A stretch of DNA of 64,000 nucleotides from an uncultured Planctomycetales bacterium (GTDB lineage Bacteria > Omnitrophota > Gorgyraeia > Zapsychrales > Fredricksoniimonadaceae). Under the pieces are notes generated by a model. The model ran no database searches, had not been told where the DNA came from, and worked only from the letters and a program-made list of their open reading frames with translations. Position 1 is the first letter of the stretch; each line of letters opens with the position of its first letter. Made by a program: the position numbers and the translations under genes. Shown piece by piece: positions 29,287 to 40,100 of the stretch. The stretch covers positions 2,034-66,033 of the forward strand of contig CAZOXU010000005.1 in NCBI GenBank assembly GCA_964583975.1, given 5' to 3'.

Positions 29287-29963
29287 AGTTCCTTTATAAA
29301 AATGACAGGCTTACGATTACGATCAAGCCAGTTAAGAATTTTAAAAACATTATCCTCAGATAATGCTACACAACCGCTGGTAGCTTTATCAAAACTTCGC
29401 CAGATATGCAAAAAGATTGCACTTCCCTTGCCAGCTACAACAGGATTTTCATTATATTTGATAACCACCCCTGCTTTGTATAAATCATCACTTCTTTTCA
29501 TTATTTCAAAAGACTTAGCATCGCCTTTTTTCTTCAAATAACTCCATCGATTATATTGTGCTGATTGGGGATCATCAATCCAGATATCTTCAGCCTTAAG
29601 AACCCGATAATCCATCTTGGTTGAGACCTTGCGTAAGTAGCCAAAACTGGTGCCAAGATTAAAGACTCCTGCAGGAGTAAACCCATCCCCCTCACGTTTT
29701 TCTTGGGCCGAAATCACACCGCTTCTTCCAACAACAGCATCGAGAGACACGAAGACAGGTTTCCATCCATTCCATCTTCTCTCCCAGACATTGACCTTGG
29801 CTTTAAAAAGACTTCCGGGTACAACTTCAACCACCAAGGCTTGGGTAATATGCCTCGATAATGGCTTAAAAATTTCAGGAGTAGACGTTTGAGCTCGAGC
29901 ATCTTGAGAGTTTAGAAAAAGCAATACAACACAGATAAAGAATAATTTGAGGAATTGTAACAA
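29283..29963 (-). CDS. L,D-transpeptidase (YkuD domain), secreted
   Basis: 226 aa with a signal peptide and a C-terminal catalytic region GKGSAIFLHIWRSFDKATSGCVALSEDN (His ... SGC motif). Confidence 0.7.
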   Translation of the reverse strand: MLQFLKLFFICVVLLFLNSQDARAQTSTPEIFKPLSRHITQALVVEVVPGSLFKAKVNVWERRWNGWKPVFVSLDAVVGRSGVISAQEKREGDGFTPAGVFNLGTSFGYLRKVSTKMDYRVLKAEDIWIDDPQSAQYNRWSYLKKKGDAKSFEIMKRSDDLYKAGVVIKYNENPVVAGKGSAIFLHIWRSFDKATSGCVALSEDNVFKILNWLDRNRKPVIFIKEL

Positions 29964-29966
29964 AAT

Positions 29967-30329
29967 TTATACTCCGAGAATTTCTTGGACTTTTTCTACA
30001 ATTTCTTGGAGTTTGAGAGGTTTTAAAAGGTAGGATTTAATTCCATGGCGTTTAAAAACAGGCTCCATCTCTCCATAAGCGGTCAGGACTACAACGGGGA
30101 TCTTGGCAAATTCAGGATTCTTGTCTTTCTCCATAACAAAAGTGTAGCCATTCATATTAGGCATTTGGACATCCAATAAAATCAAATCTGGAACTCTTTG
30201 TTTAAGCATTTCCAAAGCTTGATCTCCATCACCCGCTGTCATCACCTCATAACCATGCTCAAGGAGTTTGCGTTTTGAGATTTCGACTATGACTTCTTCG
30301 TCATCTACCACCATGACACATTTTGCCAT
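29967..30329 (-). CDS. Stand-alone response-regulator receiver domain (CheY-like)
   Basis: 120 aa. VMVVDDEEVIVE provides the acidic pocket, DLILLDVQMPNMNGY the phospho-acceptor Asp, and there is a conserved Lys in KPLK. No output domain is present. Confidence 0.8.
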   Translation of the reverse strand: MAKCVMVVDDEEVIVEISKRKLLEHGYEVMTAGDGDQALEMLKQRVPDLILLDVQMPNMNGYTFVMEKDKNPEFAKIPVVVLTAYGEMEPVFKRHGIKSYLLKPLKLQEIVEKVQEILGV

Positions 30330-30412
30330 TCACTTAATCCCTTTCAATTGTAATAAATTAATTTTATATAATTTAACGGCTTTAGCAAGGCTTTACCAGA
30401 GATATTTAACGA

Positions 30413-33214
30413 TCAATCTCTCTGATTTCTTTGTGGGTCATCCACAAAAGGAATTTGTGGATCCAATATTTCCTCCAAAATAAAGCCCAGCGACCGAAGA
30501 CCTGCATCAATAGCTTGCTTAGAATCTTCCAAGCTATAACCTTTGATAAATTTCTCAATCTTGTTGGTCTTTAAATGGTAAAGGGCGGCATTAATAGGTA
30601 CATTTGGGTAAACTCCCTGTAAATAATAAAGATACAAAGGCATCTGGAAAGACAATAACTGGTCTCGGATAATTTCTCGACTTAAATGACCTTCAAGCAG
30701 TTCATCAAAACTCTTAGGGATTAATTCTTGTCCTCCCGTCTTATAATCCAAAACCAAAATACTACCATCCGTCATCTGGTCAACCCTATCCATACGATAT
30801 GTCAATCGCACCTGCTTATCTCCTAAAAAGGTTACATGATCAAACCTTCTTTCTAGGGCTAGGATAGTGGCCACCTCCTTATGGCAACGCAAAGCTTCAA
30901 CATCTAAAAAACGCTGCAATCTGGTTTCTAATACACTCTTAATTAAAAAGGCATCACTTCTTTGCCTACGGCCAAAGATTTCTTCAAATTTCCGGCGACT
31001 AACATTTAGAAAATATTTTCTAAACTCTTCATCCAAAATAGGTTTTTTGTTAATAAATGACTTAAAGGTATCTTCCAAAAGTTCATGCACAAAGTTTCCA
31101 ATATGCCTGGCTTCTGGCTCATCTAATAAATTATCTTGTTCCCTTAAACCCAAAACATAATTCTCATAAAATTCATAAGGGTTACGCAAATAGGTATTAA
31201 GACTAGAGGCTGAAAAACTCATAGTCTTTAAGAAATCAACCATGGCCTGCGTTTTGGGAATAATTTTTTGAGTAGAATTTAATTTGACCTGAAAACGACC
31301 TGATTCGACCGTAACCACATCGAGCTTCTGCGCCTTCTTCTCCTCTTCCCAAATCAATTCTTCAATAAAACGACTACGTTGTTTATCTGCCCGTTCCTGG
31401 TAAATCAAATGTACGTTTCGAGCAGAAGAAATCAAACGCATGAATCCATAACGTTGGATTTCTTCTTCAAGCTCAAGGCGATCCAAATTCAACTTAATCA
31501 TGATGTCTCTAGGGATTAAAGGCTCGTAGATATTGAGATTTGGCAAAATACCTTCATTCACATCCACCACAATGACATTTTCAAAACTTAAAGCACGCGT
31601 TTCAAAAAGACCCAAAATTTGCAAGCCTCGTAAAGGCGAGCCAGTAAAAGCTACCATTTGATTACTCAAAGTATCTTCTAGAATTCGAAACATTTCATGA
31701 GGTAAGAAAGACTGCTTAGCAAATTCACTGGCTGCAAGTTCTTGAGATAAGTTTTCCAGACTCAAAGCGATCCGATCATTAAAAGGATACTTTGACATAG
31801 AACCACCTTGTCTCATTAAAGACGTAAAATCACCCAATACTTGCGCTAAATCTCCAAAGCTAGCAGCCTTCTGCCATTGATAAAAAAGGTTCTGATGTAG
31901 AAATTTCAATGTTTCTTTTAAATTCTGTGGTGTTATATCAATATCTATAGCTTTAAGAGCAACCAAGCTTCGCTCAATCAATTTTTCTTCTTGAGCAAAA
32001 GCCTCAAGGTTTAGAAAAATCTGTCCGGAATATTGCGATTCAACCTGACCGGTTAAAATCTCTTCAATTGTATGGACCAATACCCTGACAACTTGAGCCC
32101 CTCCTTTTTCTAAATTCTGAACCAAAGGATGGCGCAGTACTCTTAAATAATCACGTGTATAATACAAATTTTTCTGCAGAGATTTCTGGGCCGCAAAGAT
32201 CTTTTCTAAAAGAGCATACAATGCGCTTCGTTTTAATGGATAACCCATTGAAATATTAAATTCTTTAACCTGGTCTGATAACAATGACAACAGTGGAAGA
32301 ATAAAATCGGTTTGAGGCAAAACAATGACAGTTCGCTCAGGCTGTGAAACTTTCTCTAAAATATTCTTAACCATAGCTGCTTGGGAATGAATATCAAAAG
32401 CTTTATGGATTTTTAACTTAAAATCCCCTTCAATAACCTTAGGCCCCTCTAAGATCTCTCCACCTAGCACAGACGAAATACGTTTAAGCGCGGGCCATCG
32501 GCGTTGATCACCTTGCATCATCAGCGTTGTGTTGGCATGCTTGTAACAATACTCAATAGTTTTCATCTCACTACGGTGCAAATAAAAGAAATTGCAAAAC
32601 AAAATTTCCTGCCAGCCACTTAAATCACAAGATGCAACCAATTGACTAGCTTTGGAATATTGGAAGCCTCTGGAAGTGATATTTTGTTGCTCCAACAATT
32701 GATGATACTCTCTTCTTAAAACAAACAAACTTTCAAGCAAACGACTAATATCTTTAGGAATATCAAAACCAATCTGTGCCTGAGCTTGTAAATTTTTAAG
32801 AATGTTCTGAGAAGTCAATTCTAAATCCAACTGCTCAATAAGCGCATGGATCTCCTTGGCCCATGGGAGAAAAGAACAGAAACGCTCTCTTCCTTTTAGA
32901 AGTTCGGGAGTATGTTTTAAAGCTAATTGATAAATCAGATAATAATGATCTAGTCCAGAAAGTGGTTGGGTTTCCTTCTGGCTCGCAACAATATGCGCCA
33001 TCCATTCATCGATAGTAAAAAAGGTTGGTGGGTAGAAAACTTTTTTTGACCTCGCAGCTAAAGCACGTTTTAGAAAAAGCGCAGGCCTTCGACCGCCAAA
33101 AATAACAGCCAGCTTGCGCAAATCTATCCCCTTCAAAATATAATTTTGATGGATATAGTCTGCCAAGTGATCAATAAAATCTTCTGTGAATGGGACAGTA
33201 ATTATTTTACTCAT
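30413..33214 (-). CDS. AddB-like subunit of a helicase-nuclease (PD-(D/E)XK nuclease, degenerate helicase fold)
   Basis: 933 aa. The C-terminal ILVLDYKTGG is the RecB-family nuclease motif. There is no Walker A at the N-terminus and no Cys cluster, so no Fe-S domain. It overlaps the addA-like gene by 8 nt. Confidence 0.65.
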   Translation of the reverse strand: MSKIITVPFTEDFIDHLADYIHQNYILKGIDLRKLAVIFGGRRPALFLKRALAARSKKVFYPPTFFTIDEWMAHIVASQKETQPLSGLDHYYLIYQLALKHTPELLKGRERFCSFLPWAKEIHALIEQLDLELTSQNILKNLQAQAQIGFDIPKDISRLLESLFVLRREYHQLLEQQNITSRGFQYSKASQLVASCDLSGWQEILFCNFFYLHRSEMKTIEYCYKHANTTLMMQGDQRRWPALKRISSVLGGEILEGPKVIEGDFKLKIHKAFDIHSQAAMVKNILEKVSQPERTVIVLPQTDFILPLLSLLSDQVKEFNISMGYPLKRSALYALLEKIFAAQKSLQKNLYYTRDYLRVLRHPLVQNLEKGGAQVVRVLVHTIEEILTGQVESQYSGQIFLNLEAFAQEEKLIERSLVALKAIDIDITPQNLKETLKFLHQNLFYQWQKAASFGDLAQVLGDFTSLMRQGGSMSKYPFNDRIALSLENLSQELAASEFAKQSFLPHEMFRILEDTLSNQMVAFTGSPLRGLQILGLFETRALSFENVIVVDVNEGILPNLNIYEPLIPRDIMIKLNLDRLELEEEIQRYGFMRLISSARNVHLIYQERADKQRSRFIEELIWEEEKKAQKLDVVTVESGRFQVKLNSTQKIIPKTQAMVDFLKTMSFSASSLNTYLRNPYEFYENYVLGLREQDNLLDEPEARHIGNFVHELLEDTFKSFINKKPILDEEFRKYFLNVSRRKFEEIFGRRQRSDAFLIKSVLETRLQRFLDVEALRCHKEVATILALERRFDHVTFLGDKQVRLTYRMDRVDQMTDGSILVLDYKTGGQELIPKSFDELLEGHLSREIIRDQLLSFQMPLYLYYLQGVYPNVPINAALYHLKTNKIEKFIKGYSLEDSKQAIDAGLRSLGFILEEILDPQIPFVDDPQRNQRD

Positions 33215-36200
33215 GTAAATAGACTAAAAATCCTTCCACCTTTAATTTAGGATAAAGCTGACCAATTAATTGTTGATATTCCTTCATTTGGCTTTGATGC
33301 ATCTGCTCTTCTATTCGACTGGTTTTAAAATCTACAATCCAAATCTTATCTTTAAAAACCATAACTCTATCTAAGCGTCGGGTGTCACCAAAGCGATTGA
33401 CAATTTCTTGTTCACAAAGCACCCCAACATCCGAGCTTATTTCAAATAATGGACACACATCAGACCTTACCAAAAATGTTGATAATTGCTTCGTATAAAA
33501 ACCCTCATCCAAACGGCCAAACTTTAACCTTGCTTCATCTACAACCTTTGCGACTACAGCCTCTATCTTCCCTTCAATACGAACAATCTTAGATAAGCAG
33601 TAGTGTAAGATCACACCCTGCTGGCGAATCTTAGCCTGCTGTGAACTTTCTTGAGCTAGCTCTTCTGTCAACTCAGCTACCCATCTTCGATCAACAGCCG
33701 TAGCTAGAACTGGCAAAGTCACTGCTGATTCAGGTTCTTTCTTATGAGCTATTTTTTGACCTAAAGAAAAGGAGGCTTCCTGAAACAAAAAGCCTGCCGG
33801 ATTGATACTATTAGCACTCCTTTGAGGAACCATGACATAAAGCTCACTAATGGCTCTGGTGAGGGCCACATAGACATTATTCAATTCAATAGCTAACGAA
33901 GCTTTATATTCATCTTCATAACGCTTTTTTAGAATTTCACTAAATCGGCCGTAGGTTTTCTTCAACCGAAGCATTCTTAAGCCCTCATCATCGACATCCA
34001 ACACATAGGCGAGCGCCTTATCAGAACTCTTAGATGTTTGTACGGTCATTTCTAAAAATGGAATAATCACAACTTCAAATTCCAATCCCTTGGCTTTATG
34101 AAGGGTCATGACCTTGATAGCTTCCTGAGAAGCAACGCTCACAAACCTTTCTTCCGTAGGTAAATTATCAAAATAATCAATAAAGCCTTCTAAGTCGCAA
34201 CTCGATTCTTCACGGCGCTTAATTAGTTCTAAAAAATGCATCAAGAAACCTTGAGCATCATGAAACTCATGCAAACGAAATTGGGCATAGATGCTGACAA
34301 CCAATTCATAAATAGGATAGATGCCCACCTGATTAAAGAAATCTTCCAGGCAATCTTTCCACACTTGCGAATAGCGTTCTTGAAATTGTTTATAAAGATA
34401 CGCCTGTGCGTGGGTCCGTCTCTTAGCGCGACATTCAAACAGAAAATCTCTTAATTGCTCTTGAGATAAACCACTGGCTTTAGGGAAGATCTCGCCTAAT
34501 AAAAATCGAGCGAAGTTTACATTATCAACGGGCGCGTTTAAAAAACGTAAGAACTCAACGATCTCATTGATCAAAGGATGGTTCTTAATATCACAACTTC
34601 TTTCAGACTGCGCATGGATCCCCTGACTTAAAAGCCAACCAGTCACCTCCTCTACCTGTCCATTGGTGCGTGTTAAAACAGCAATATCCTTTAAAGCATA
34701 ACGCTTTTGAACATCAGCAATGGTTTTAAGCAATTGCTGTCTAACAGACTCCTGACGTTCTTGTCGCCTTTTTCCTTCTATGAGATGGACCTGTACAAAA
34801 CCTCCTGACATGTCTTCTCTAATTTCTTGCTTCGAATGTTCAAAGGTCTTTTGGATCTCTTGAATATTTTCCTGATTAAAATAAACCTCTTCACCAGATT
34901 TGTCTTTTTCCGAGTAATGCTCCTGGCGTCTTACAAAGAAATCTTCTATATTTTTAGGACTAAACAAATAATTATTAAATTCCACAACAGCCTTACGACT
35001 ACGCCAATTCTTCAATAAAAAATCCCTGTTTAAAGGAGCGCTAGGGAACTGCTGCGGTAATTCATCAAATAAACGACTTTCGCCACCACGAAAAGAATAA
35101 ATTGCTTGTTTCTTATCGCCAACCACAAACAAAGATCCTTGAATAGAAAGAGCTTCTTGAATCATTAAAAATAGATTCTTCCACTGTGAGTCACTGGTAT
35201 CTTGAAATTCATCAATTAAATAATGGTGAAAACGGACAGCCAAGCGATAGTAAAGCTCACTGACACTAATTCCTTCCTCGATCAAGGCTGAAGCTTTCTT
35301 ATTGAGTTCTTGTAAGAATAAAATGTCATCTTGGGCACAAAGCCTGGCAAAGACCTCATTGACCTTTTGAAAAATCATGACATAAGGATTAAAAACTCCA
35401 TAGCTTTCTGCCAAACACAAATTTTTAATACATTCCCTGGCCTTAGCCCATTGCTGTTCTAAATCCTTAGAAATTTCTACCCCTTTATTGGCAGGAAACT
35501 GCTCGTAGGAGAAATACCGGCTCACATCATCTAAGTCAAACGATACAGGATGAGCTTCAAGGAATTTAGCGAGACCCTCTGTAAACTTCTTATTCATCGA
35601 AGGATCAGATAATGCTTGTATATTTTTGGCTATATCCAGAAATTCTTTTTTAGCTAGGTATAAATCCCTGCTATCAGCAGGAAAGATAATAAAAGACTTT
35701 TGGTAAGTGTTATATTCTCCAAAAAGCATGGTGAGGGTATCCATAAGGTCTTCCTTAGGAAACCATCCGCTTCTATTCTCCAAAAACAAATACTGATGTA
35801 CAAAATCGTCTAATAAGGCGCGGACCTTGGGATCATCCTGACTTAAAGCAATCCATTGGTCCAAGCTCTGTTGTAAATAATCCTGGCTGTTACGTTGAAT
35901 CTTAAAACGGGCTGATAGATTAATTTTAAACGCACAACCGGCCAGTAAAGTATTGATAAAACTATCAATGGTTTTGATGGAAAAGAAATGATAGTGGCGG
36001 ATCAAAGAATCCATAAGGCTAAAACTCAAGGTAGAAGCCTCGTGAGCTGAAATACCCAATGGATCAAGAAAAGCCTGCTTTTCTTGTGAATTAAGTCGAT
36101 TGAGTGCAATCTTCTTTAAAAACTGCAGCACCCTGGTTTTCATTTCAAAAGAAGCTTTATTAGTGAAGGTAATGGCAAGAATATTCTTAAAGCTTTGTGG

Positions 36201-36320
36201 ATTGTCCTTGGCTGTTTTAAGCAATAACTGGACATACCTCAAGGCCAGCGCATAGGTTTTGCCGCTACCAGCAGAAGCTTCGGTAATGCAAATCTCGGGA
36301 AAGTCAAACAATTGGGACAT
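33207..36320 (-). CDS. AddA/RecB-like UvrD-family helicase with C-terminal PD-(D/E)XK nuclease
   Basis: 1037 aa. Helicase motifs are I EASAGSGKT, II LIDEFQDTS, III VVGDKKQAIYSFRGG, and a late motif MTLHKAKGLEFEVVIIP. The C-terminal nuclease motif is IWIVDFKTSR. Confidence 0.8.
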   Translation of the reverse strand: MSQLFDFPEICITEASAGSGKTYALALRYVQLLLKTAKDNPQSFKNILAITFTNKASFEMKTRVLQFLKKIALNRLNSQEKQAFLDPLGISAHEASTLSFSLMDSLIRHYHFFSIKTIDSFINTLLAGCAFKINLSARFKIQRNSQDYLQQSLDQWIALSQDDPKVRALLDDFVHQYLFLENRSGWFPKEDLMDTLTMLFGEYNTYQKSFIIFPADSRDLYLAKKEFLDIAKNIQALSDPSMNKKFTEGLAKFLEAHPVSFDLDDVSRYFSYEQFPANKGVEISKDLEQQWAKARECIKNLCLAESYGVFNPYVMIFQKVNEVFARLCAQDDILFLQELNKKASALIEEGISVSELYYRLAVRFHHYLIDEFQDTSDSQWKNLFLMIQEALSIQGSLFVVGDKKQAIYSFRGGESRLFDELPQQFPSAPLNRDFLLKNWRSRKAVVEFNNYLFSPKNIEDFFVRRQEHYSEKDKSGEEVYFNQENIQEIQKTFEHSKQEIREDMSGGFVQVHLIEGKRRQERQESVRQQLLKTIADVQKRYALKDIAVLTRTNGQVEEVTGWLLSQGIHAQSERSCDIKNHPLINEIVEFLRFLNAPVDNVNFARFLLGEIFPKASGLSQEQLRDFLFECRAKRRTHAQAYLYKQFQERYSQVWKDCLEDFFNQVGIYPIYELVVSIYAQFRLHEFHDAQGFLMHFLELIKRREESSCDLEGFIDYFDNLPTEERFVSVASQEAIKVMTLHKAKGLEFEVVIIPFLEMTVQTSKSSDKALAYVLDVDDEGLRMLRLKKTYGRFSEILKKRYEDEYKASLAIELNNVYVALTRAISELYVMVPQRSANSINPAGFLFQEASFSLGQKIAHKKEPESAVTLPVLATAVDRRWVAELTEELAQESSQQAKIRQQGVILHYCLSKIVRIEGKIEAVVAKVVDEARLKFGRLDEGFYTKQLSTFLVRSDVCPLFEISSDVGVLCEQEIVNRFGDTRRLDRVMVFKDKIWIVDFKTSRIEEQMHQSQMKEYQQLIGQLYPKLKVEGFLVYLHE

Positions 36321-36326
36321 GAAATG

Positions 36327-37070
36327 CTATTTGTGAGCTTTGAAAATAGGATCTTCTAGAACTTCACGGATGATGGCAATTGAGGCATCCAAGGTGCTTT
36401 GCCCTGGCTTAACTCCCCAATCGGTAACATCTTTACCATATACTTCTAAATCTTCTAATAATTTGCTGCGTTGCTTTTCCGTGATGGCTAAAAGCTTACC
36501 TTTATCATTTGCATTATCTTGACTTAAAAGAACCTTGGTCATCAACGCTGAGGCCTTAATAACAGACTTATCTATTTCCTTACGTTGAAGCTCCAATTGA
36601 CGCAAGGAGTTACTAAACTCCTTCTCTTCAGCTACTTTAGGTTTTGCCTTAGTTTTATATTCCAGCCAATTCTGCCACAGATCTTTAGCTTTATCATTTA
36701 AGACTATTTCCTTATCACAAGCAATGATCACTAAATCAGACACTTTCCGCATCAATTGATTGGAAGATGTTAAATATTTATTCAGATAACCTTTAATAAT
36801 TCTCAGATTAGCATTATCTAAAACATAGTATTCGATATTACCTCGAATCATCTTTAATTCATCTTTGGGGAACTTTTTCTTAGGGGGATTTTGACTCCAT
36901 CGATTCTCAATGGTTCGAAAATAACTGAGAGCCGAAATATAACTGCGGGCAAATTCATACTTATTACCATCAGGATTGTTCTTTTTAAATTCATTCTCTG
37001 CAGCCAAAACATTGGAAGCACCAATGAATATTAAAAATCCAATAAGAACATTCAAAATGATTTTATTCAT
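36327..37070 (-). CDS. Small secreted protein of unknown function, abutting the giant gene
   Basis: The track ORF starts at 37106. The internal start MNKIILNVLIGFLIFIGASNVLA at 37070 is a classic signal peptide. The rest is Lys/Glu-rich and alpha-helical. The gene sits between the giant gene's stop at 37107 and the addA-like start at 36320. Confidence 0.5.
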   Translation of the reverse strand: MNKIILNVLIGFLIFIGASNVLAAENEFKKNNPDGNKYEFARSYISALSYFRTIENRWSQNPPKKKFPKDELKMIRGNIEYYVLDNANLRIIKGYLNKYLTSSNQLMRKVSDLVIIACDKEIVLNDKAKDLWQNWLEYKTKAKPKVAEEKEFSNSLRQLELQRKEIDKSVIKASALMTKVLLSQDNANDKGKLLAITEKQRSKLLEDLEVYGKDVTDWGVKPGQSTLDASIAIIREVLEDPIFKAHK

Positions 37071-37106
37071 GTGTGCTATTGTAACGTCCACAAAGGTCTT
37101 GGGCAA

Positions 37107-40100
37107 TTAAATCTTTGCTAATGCTTGCGCTTCTTTACTGATTCCAAGTAATGGAAATGGGCTTAGGATGGGTGCGATATCGATAATGACAGGTGAAAAA
37201 CCTTGAAACTCTCCTTGAAGCAATTCATCGAGTTGGGCTGGATCAAAATCAACCTTAATCGTCTTGCCAGTACGATTAATATTAATTTGATTTAAATCAA
37301 TACCACCTAGATCTTGTGATTTATTAGATCGGTTAAGCATTGCTTGATCATTTCCTTCATATAGTTGAGATTCTTCGCCATAACGAATACCCCTTAAAGC
37401 ATCTTCATACATTTGCTTACGTCTTAACCATTCTAAAGCCCCACTTGCTCGATTATGAGCTTCAACTAAATCCATTTCGGGCGTTGATTTACTTAAGAAC
37501 ATAATATCAATCAACTCTTTAGCCTTGATTACCTCATTAGAATTAAATGATTGCAAAAACCAAACAAGCGCCTTGACCAACATTTCTTCCCTAATATTGT
37601 GAGCCACCCTACGTTCATTTAAATCATCTATTGTCAAACTTTTCGAATTACCAATAAGATCCCGTGCAAACATTATGGTATCTGCCATTTGAGCTATCTC
37701 CCTAGCAGTTGCTTTGGAAGGCAATAACGACTTAGCTACTTCAAAATCCGAGACATCATTAGAAGACATCGCCCTGTCATCCCCCATTGCACTATTAAGC
37801 TTATTAAATACTTTTTGCGCTTTAATATAGGCAATATTAATAGCTGTATAAATATCATTGTTAGATCTCCTATATCCATAAATCAAATAAATAATTTCTA
37901 TGGCCTTTAAAACTTCATCATTAATCTTTGAATCCAAAAACCTAAGAAGAGCTTTTACTAAATAAGTTTCATTTGTATCATAAACTTCTAATTTAGATTC
38001 TATGTCTTTCACGGATATAATTTGATCTTTAGAGTCTACCCATTCTCGGGCAAGTCTTAAGGCATTTCCAAACCTGTAAATATTCTGTGGATTATTTTCT
38101 AGAGGTAAAAAATCTTTAGCATAATCATAAAAAGCACCTAATGCATCATTCAAAGAGGGAATCTGGCCCAATTTCTTAATACGCAATGATTTAGTATCCC
38201 AAGGAACTATTTTCGAAGGCTCCCCCTCAACAGAAGAATCAATAGCTCTAGAAGCTTTCTGGTACATTGACCTTAATAATGCACTGCGCTCATCTTTCTT
38301 TGTTTCTAAATAAATGCCATAAATTAAAGATATGGCTCGTGATTTTTCATCATCATTTCCAAATCTTAAAAACCAATCCAAAGCAATGATTAACAAATTA
38401 CGATCAAACTTTGAAGCTTTAATATCTGAATCTATTTCTTCAATTGAAAAGTTTTTTTGTTCTCTAATATATCTGTGCGCCAGATTTAAAGCGTCTCCTA
38501 ATTGAGTTAATGGTATCTCTTTATACTTGTTATCTTGCTCTTGGATCTTTTGAGCTAACTCATAACCATTGAAAACTGTTGGAGATGTTGAATCTGATTT
38601 AGAATTCATAGCTTGATCTGCAGGCACGGTGGGCTCGCTGTCCCATATACGAATTGTTTCATCAACCTTACTCTGATCAATCCATCGATCCCACTTGCAG
38701 CTCATAAGCGCTTGGCGAATGGCCCCATCTCGATCTAATGGTTTTAATCTTAAAACATATTCTTGAATAATCAAACGAGCTTGTTCTCGTACTCGATTAA
38801 TTCTTTCATTTTGAGGATTCATGGAAGCAATCAAATAGGGTACCGATCTTTCTAACTCCACAACTGACATTGTTTTTAAACTCAACATGCGAACATGGTC
38901 ATTTTGCTCAACACCATTAAATCCATGATTATTTCTTTCATCCATATAGGCATGTTGTTCCAACAATTTCCAAAATTCTCCTTTATCAAGCAAGTCTTGT
39001 CGCAATGATAATATTAACAATGCCCCTTGTCGGGCTTTCGAATAATCTCTTCCTGTCGTAGATAGTATTTCTAACAAAGCTTGAACATTCAAATCCCTAT
39101 TCACTAAAGCTCTTGCCTTGTCTCTAATATTATTATTAGCATATTCATCAGGAAATTCTTGTGCCAGCTCTTTAGCTTCCGATGATAAAGCACCCTCTTT
39201 TATAATATCCTTAGCAACTCCTTTGTCTATACCTGCACCTGACTTCCCATCCCACAAACCTATAAATCTTCGAATCCTATCTTTATCAATTTTAAAATCA
39301 TCTACTAGCGCGCTACCAAACGCACTTCTAAAACGTCCCTGCCTATCTAATTCTCTAATTTCTGCAATATATTGAATGGCTATATCTATAACTACATTTC
39401 TCACCTCTACTGACAACTCACTCTTCCAATAAAATGATTCAACCAAATAAGGAATTGCTCTACGTAAATCTAAAGCGGCCATGGTTCTTAAACTTTGAAC
39501 CCTTACAAAATTATTTCGTTCAATGCCTTTAATCCTCATTGAATTATATTGATTTTCATACGCATGTTGCACCAAGTAAGGCCAAAGATCATCCTTTTTG
39601 ATTAAATCTTTACGTAATGTAAAAATAAACAAAACTGCTTCTCGAGCCGGAGCATATTTTCGATCTGTCGTTGCTAAAACCTCCAACAATACCTTTAACT
39701 CTAGCGTTCCTTGCACAATCTCCCGCGCCTTACTATAAATTTGCTCTCCTTTCCAATGACTTAGAAACTCATCGGCAAATGCTTGCGCTTCTAGTGACAA
39801 GACTGGCTTGGAATCTGGCTGGGAAGTCATAGCATGATCTGAAACATCTGGCATTGTTGCAGAAATATTAGCCCATCGATTTACTAATTCTAAGACCCTA
39901 TCTTTATCTATCCATTGATCATATTTATAGGACAATCTTAATTGTTTCAATAATTCACCTTCTGAATCTAATCTTATTATCCAATTAAGCTTACCAGATA
40001 TAATTCTCAATATTCTTGCACGAACATCTACTATTCTTTCATTTCTAGGGTTTAATGAATGAATTAAATACGGAATTGACCTTTTTAAATCCAGCTCAGC

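Noticed and set aside
30867-31160. 97-aa + ORF, together with other 60-90-aa + ORFs scattered through ileS, addAB and the giant genes
   Set aside because: All are antisense to long, motif-supported minus-strand genes. They are a typical AT-rich antisense open-frame artefact.
33207-36320. Possibility that the UvrD-like helicase plus nuclease pair is a phage-defence module (Gabija or Hachiman-like)
   Set aside because: Both proteins are about 1000 aa with C-terminal RecB-type PD-(D/E)XK motifs (VDFKT and DYKTG), and the helicase motifs are the classic AddA ones. This is the AddAB architecture, not the ATPase-TOPRIM plus helicase architecture of known defence pairs.
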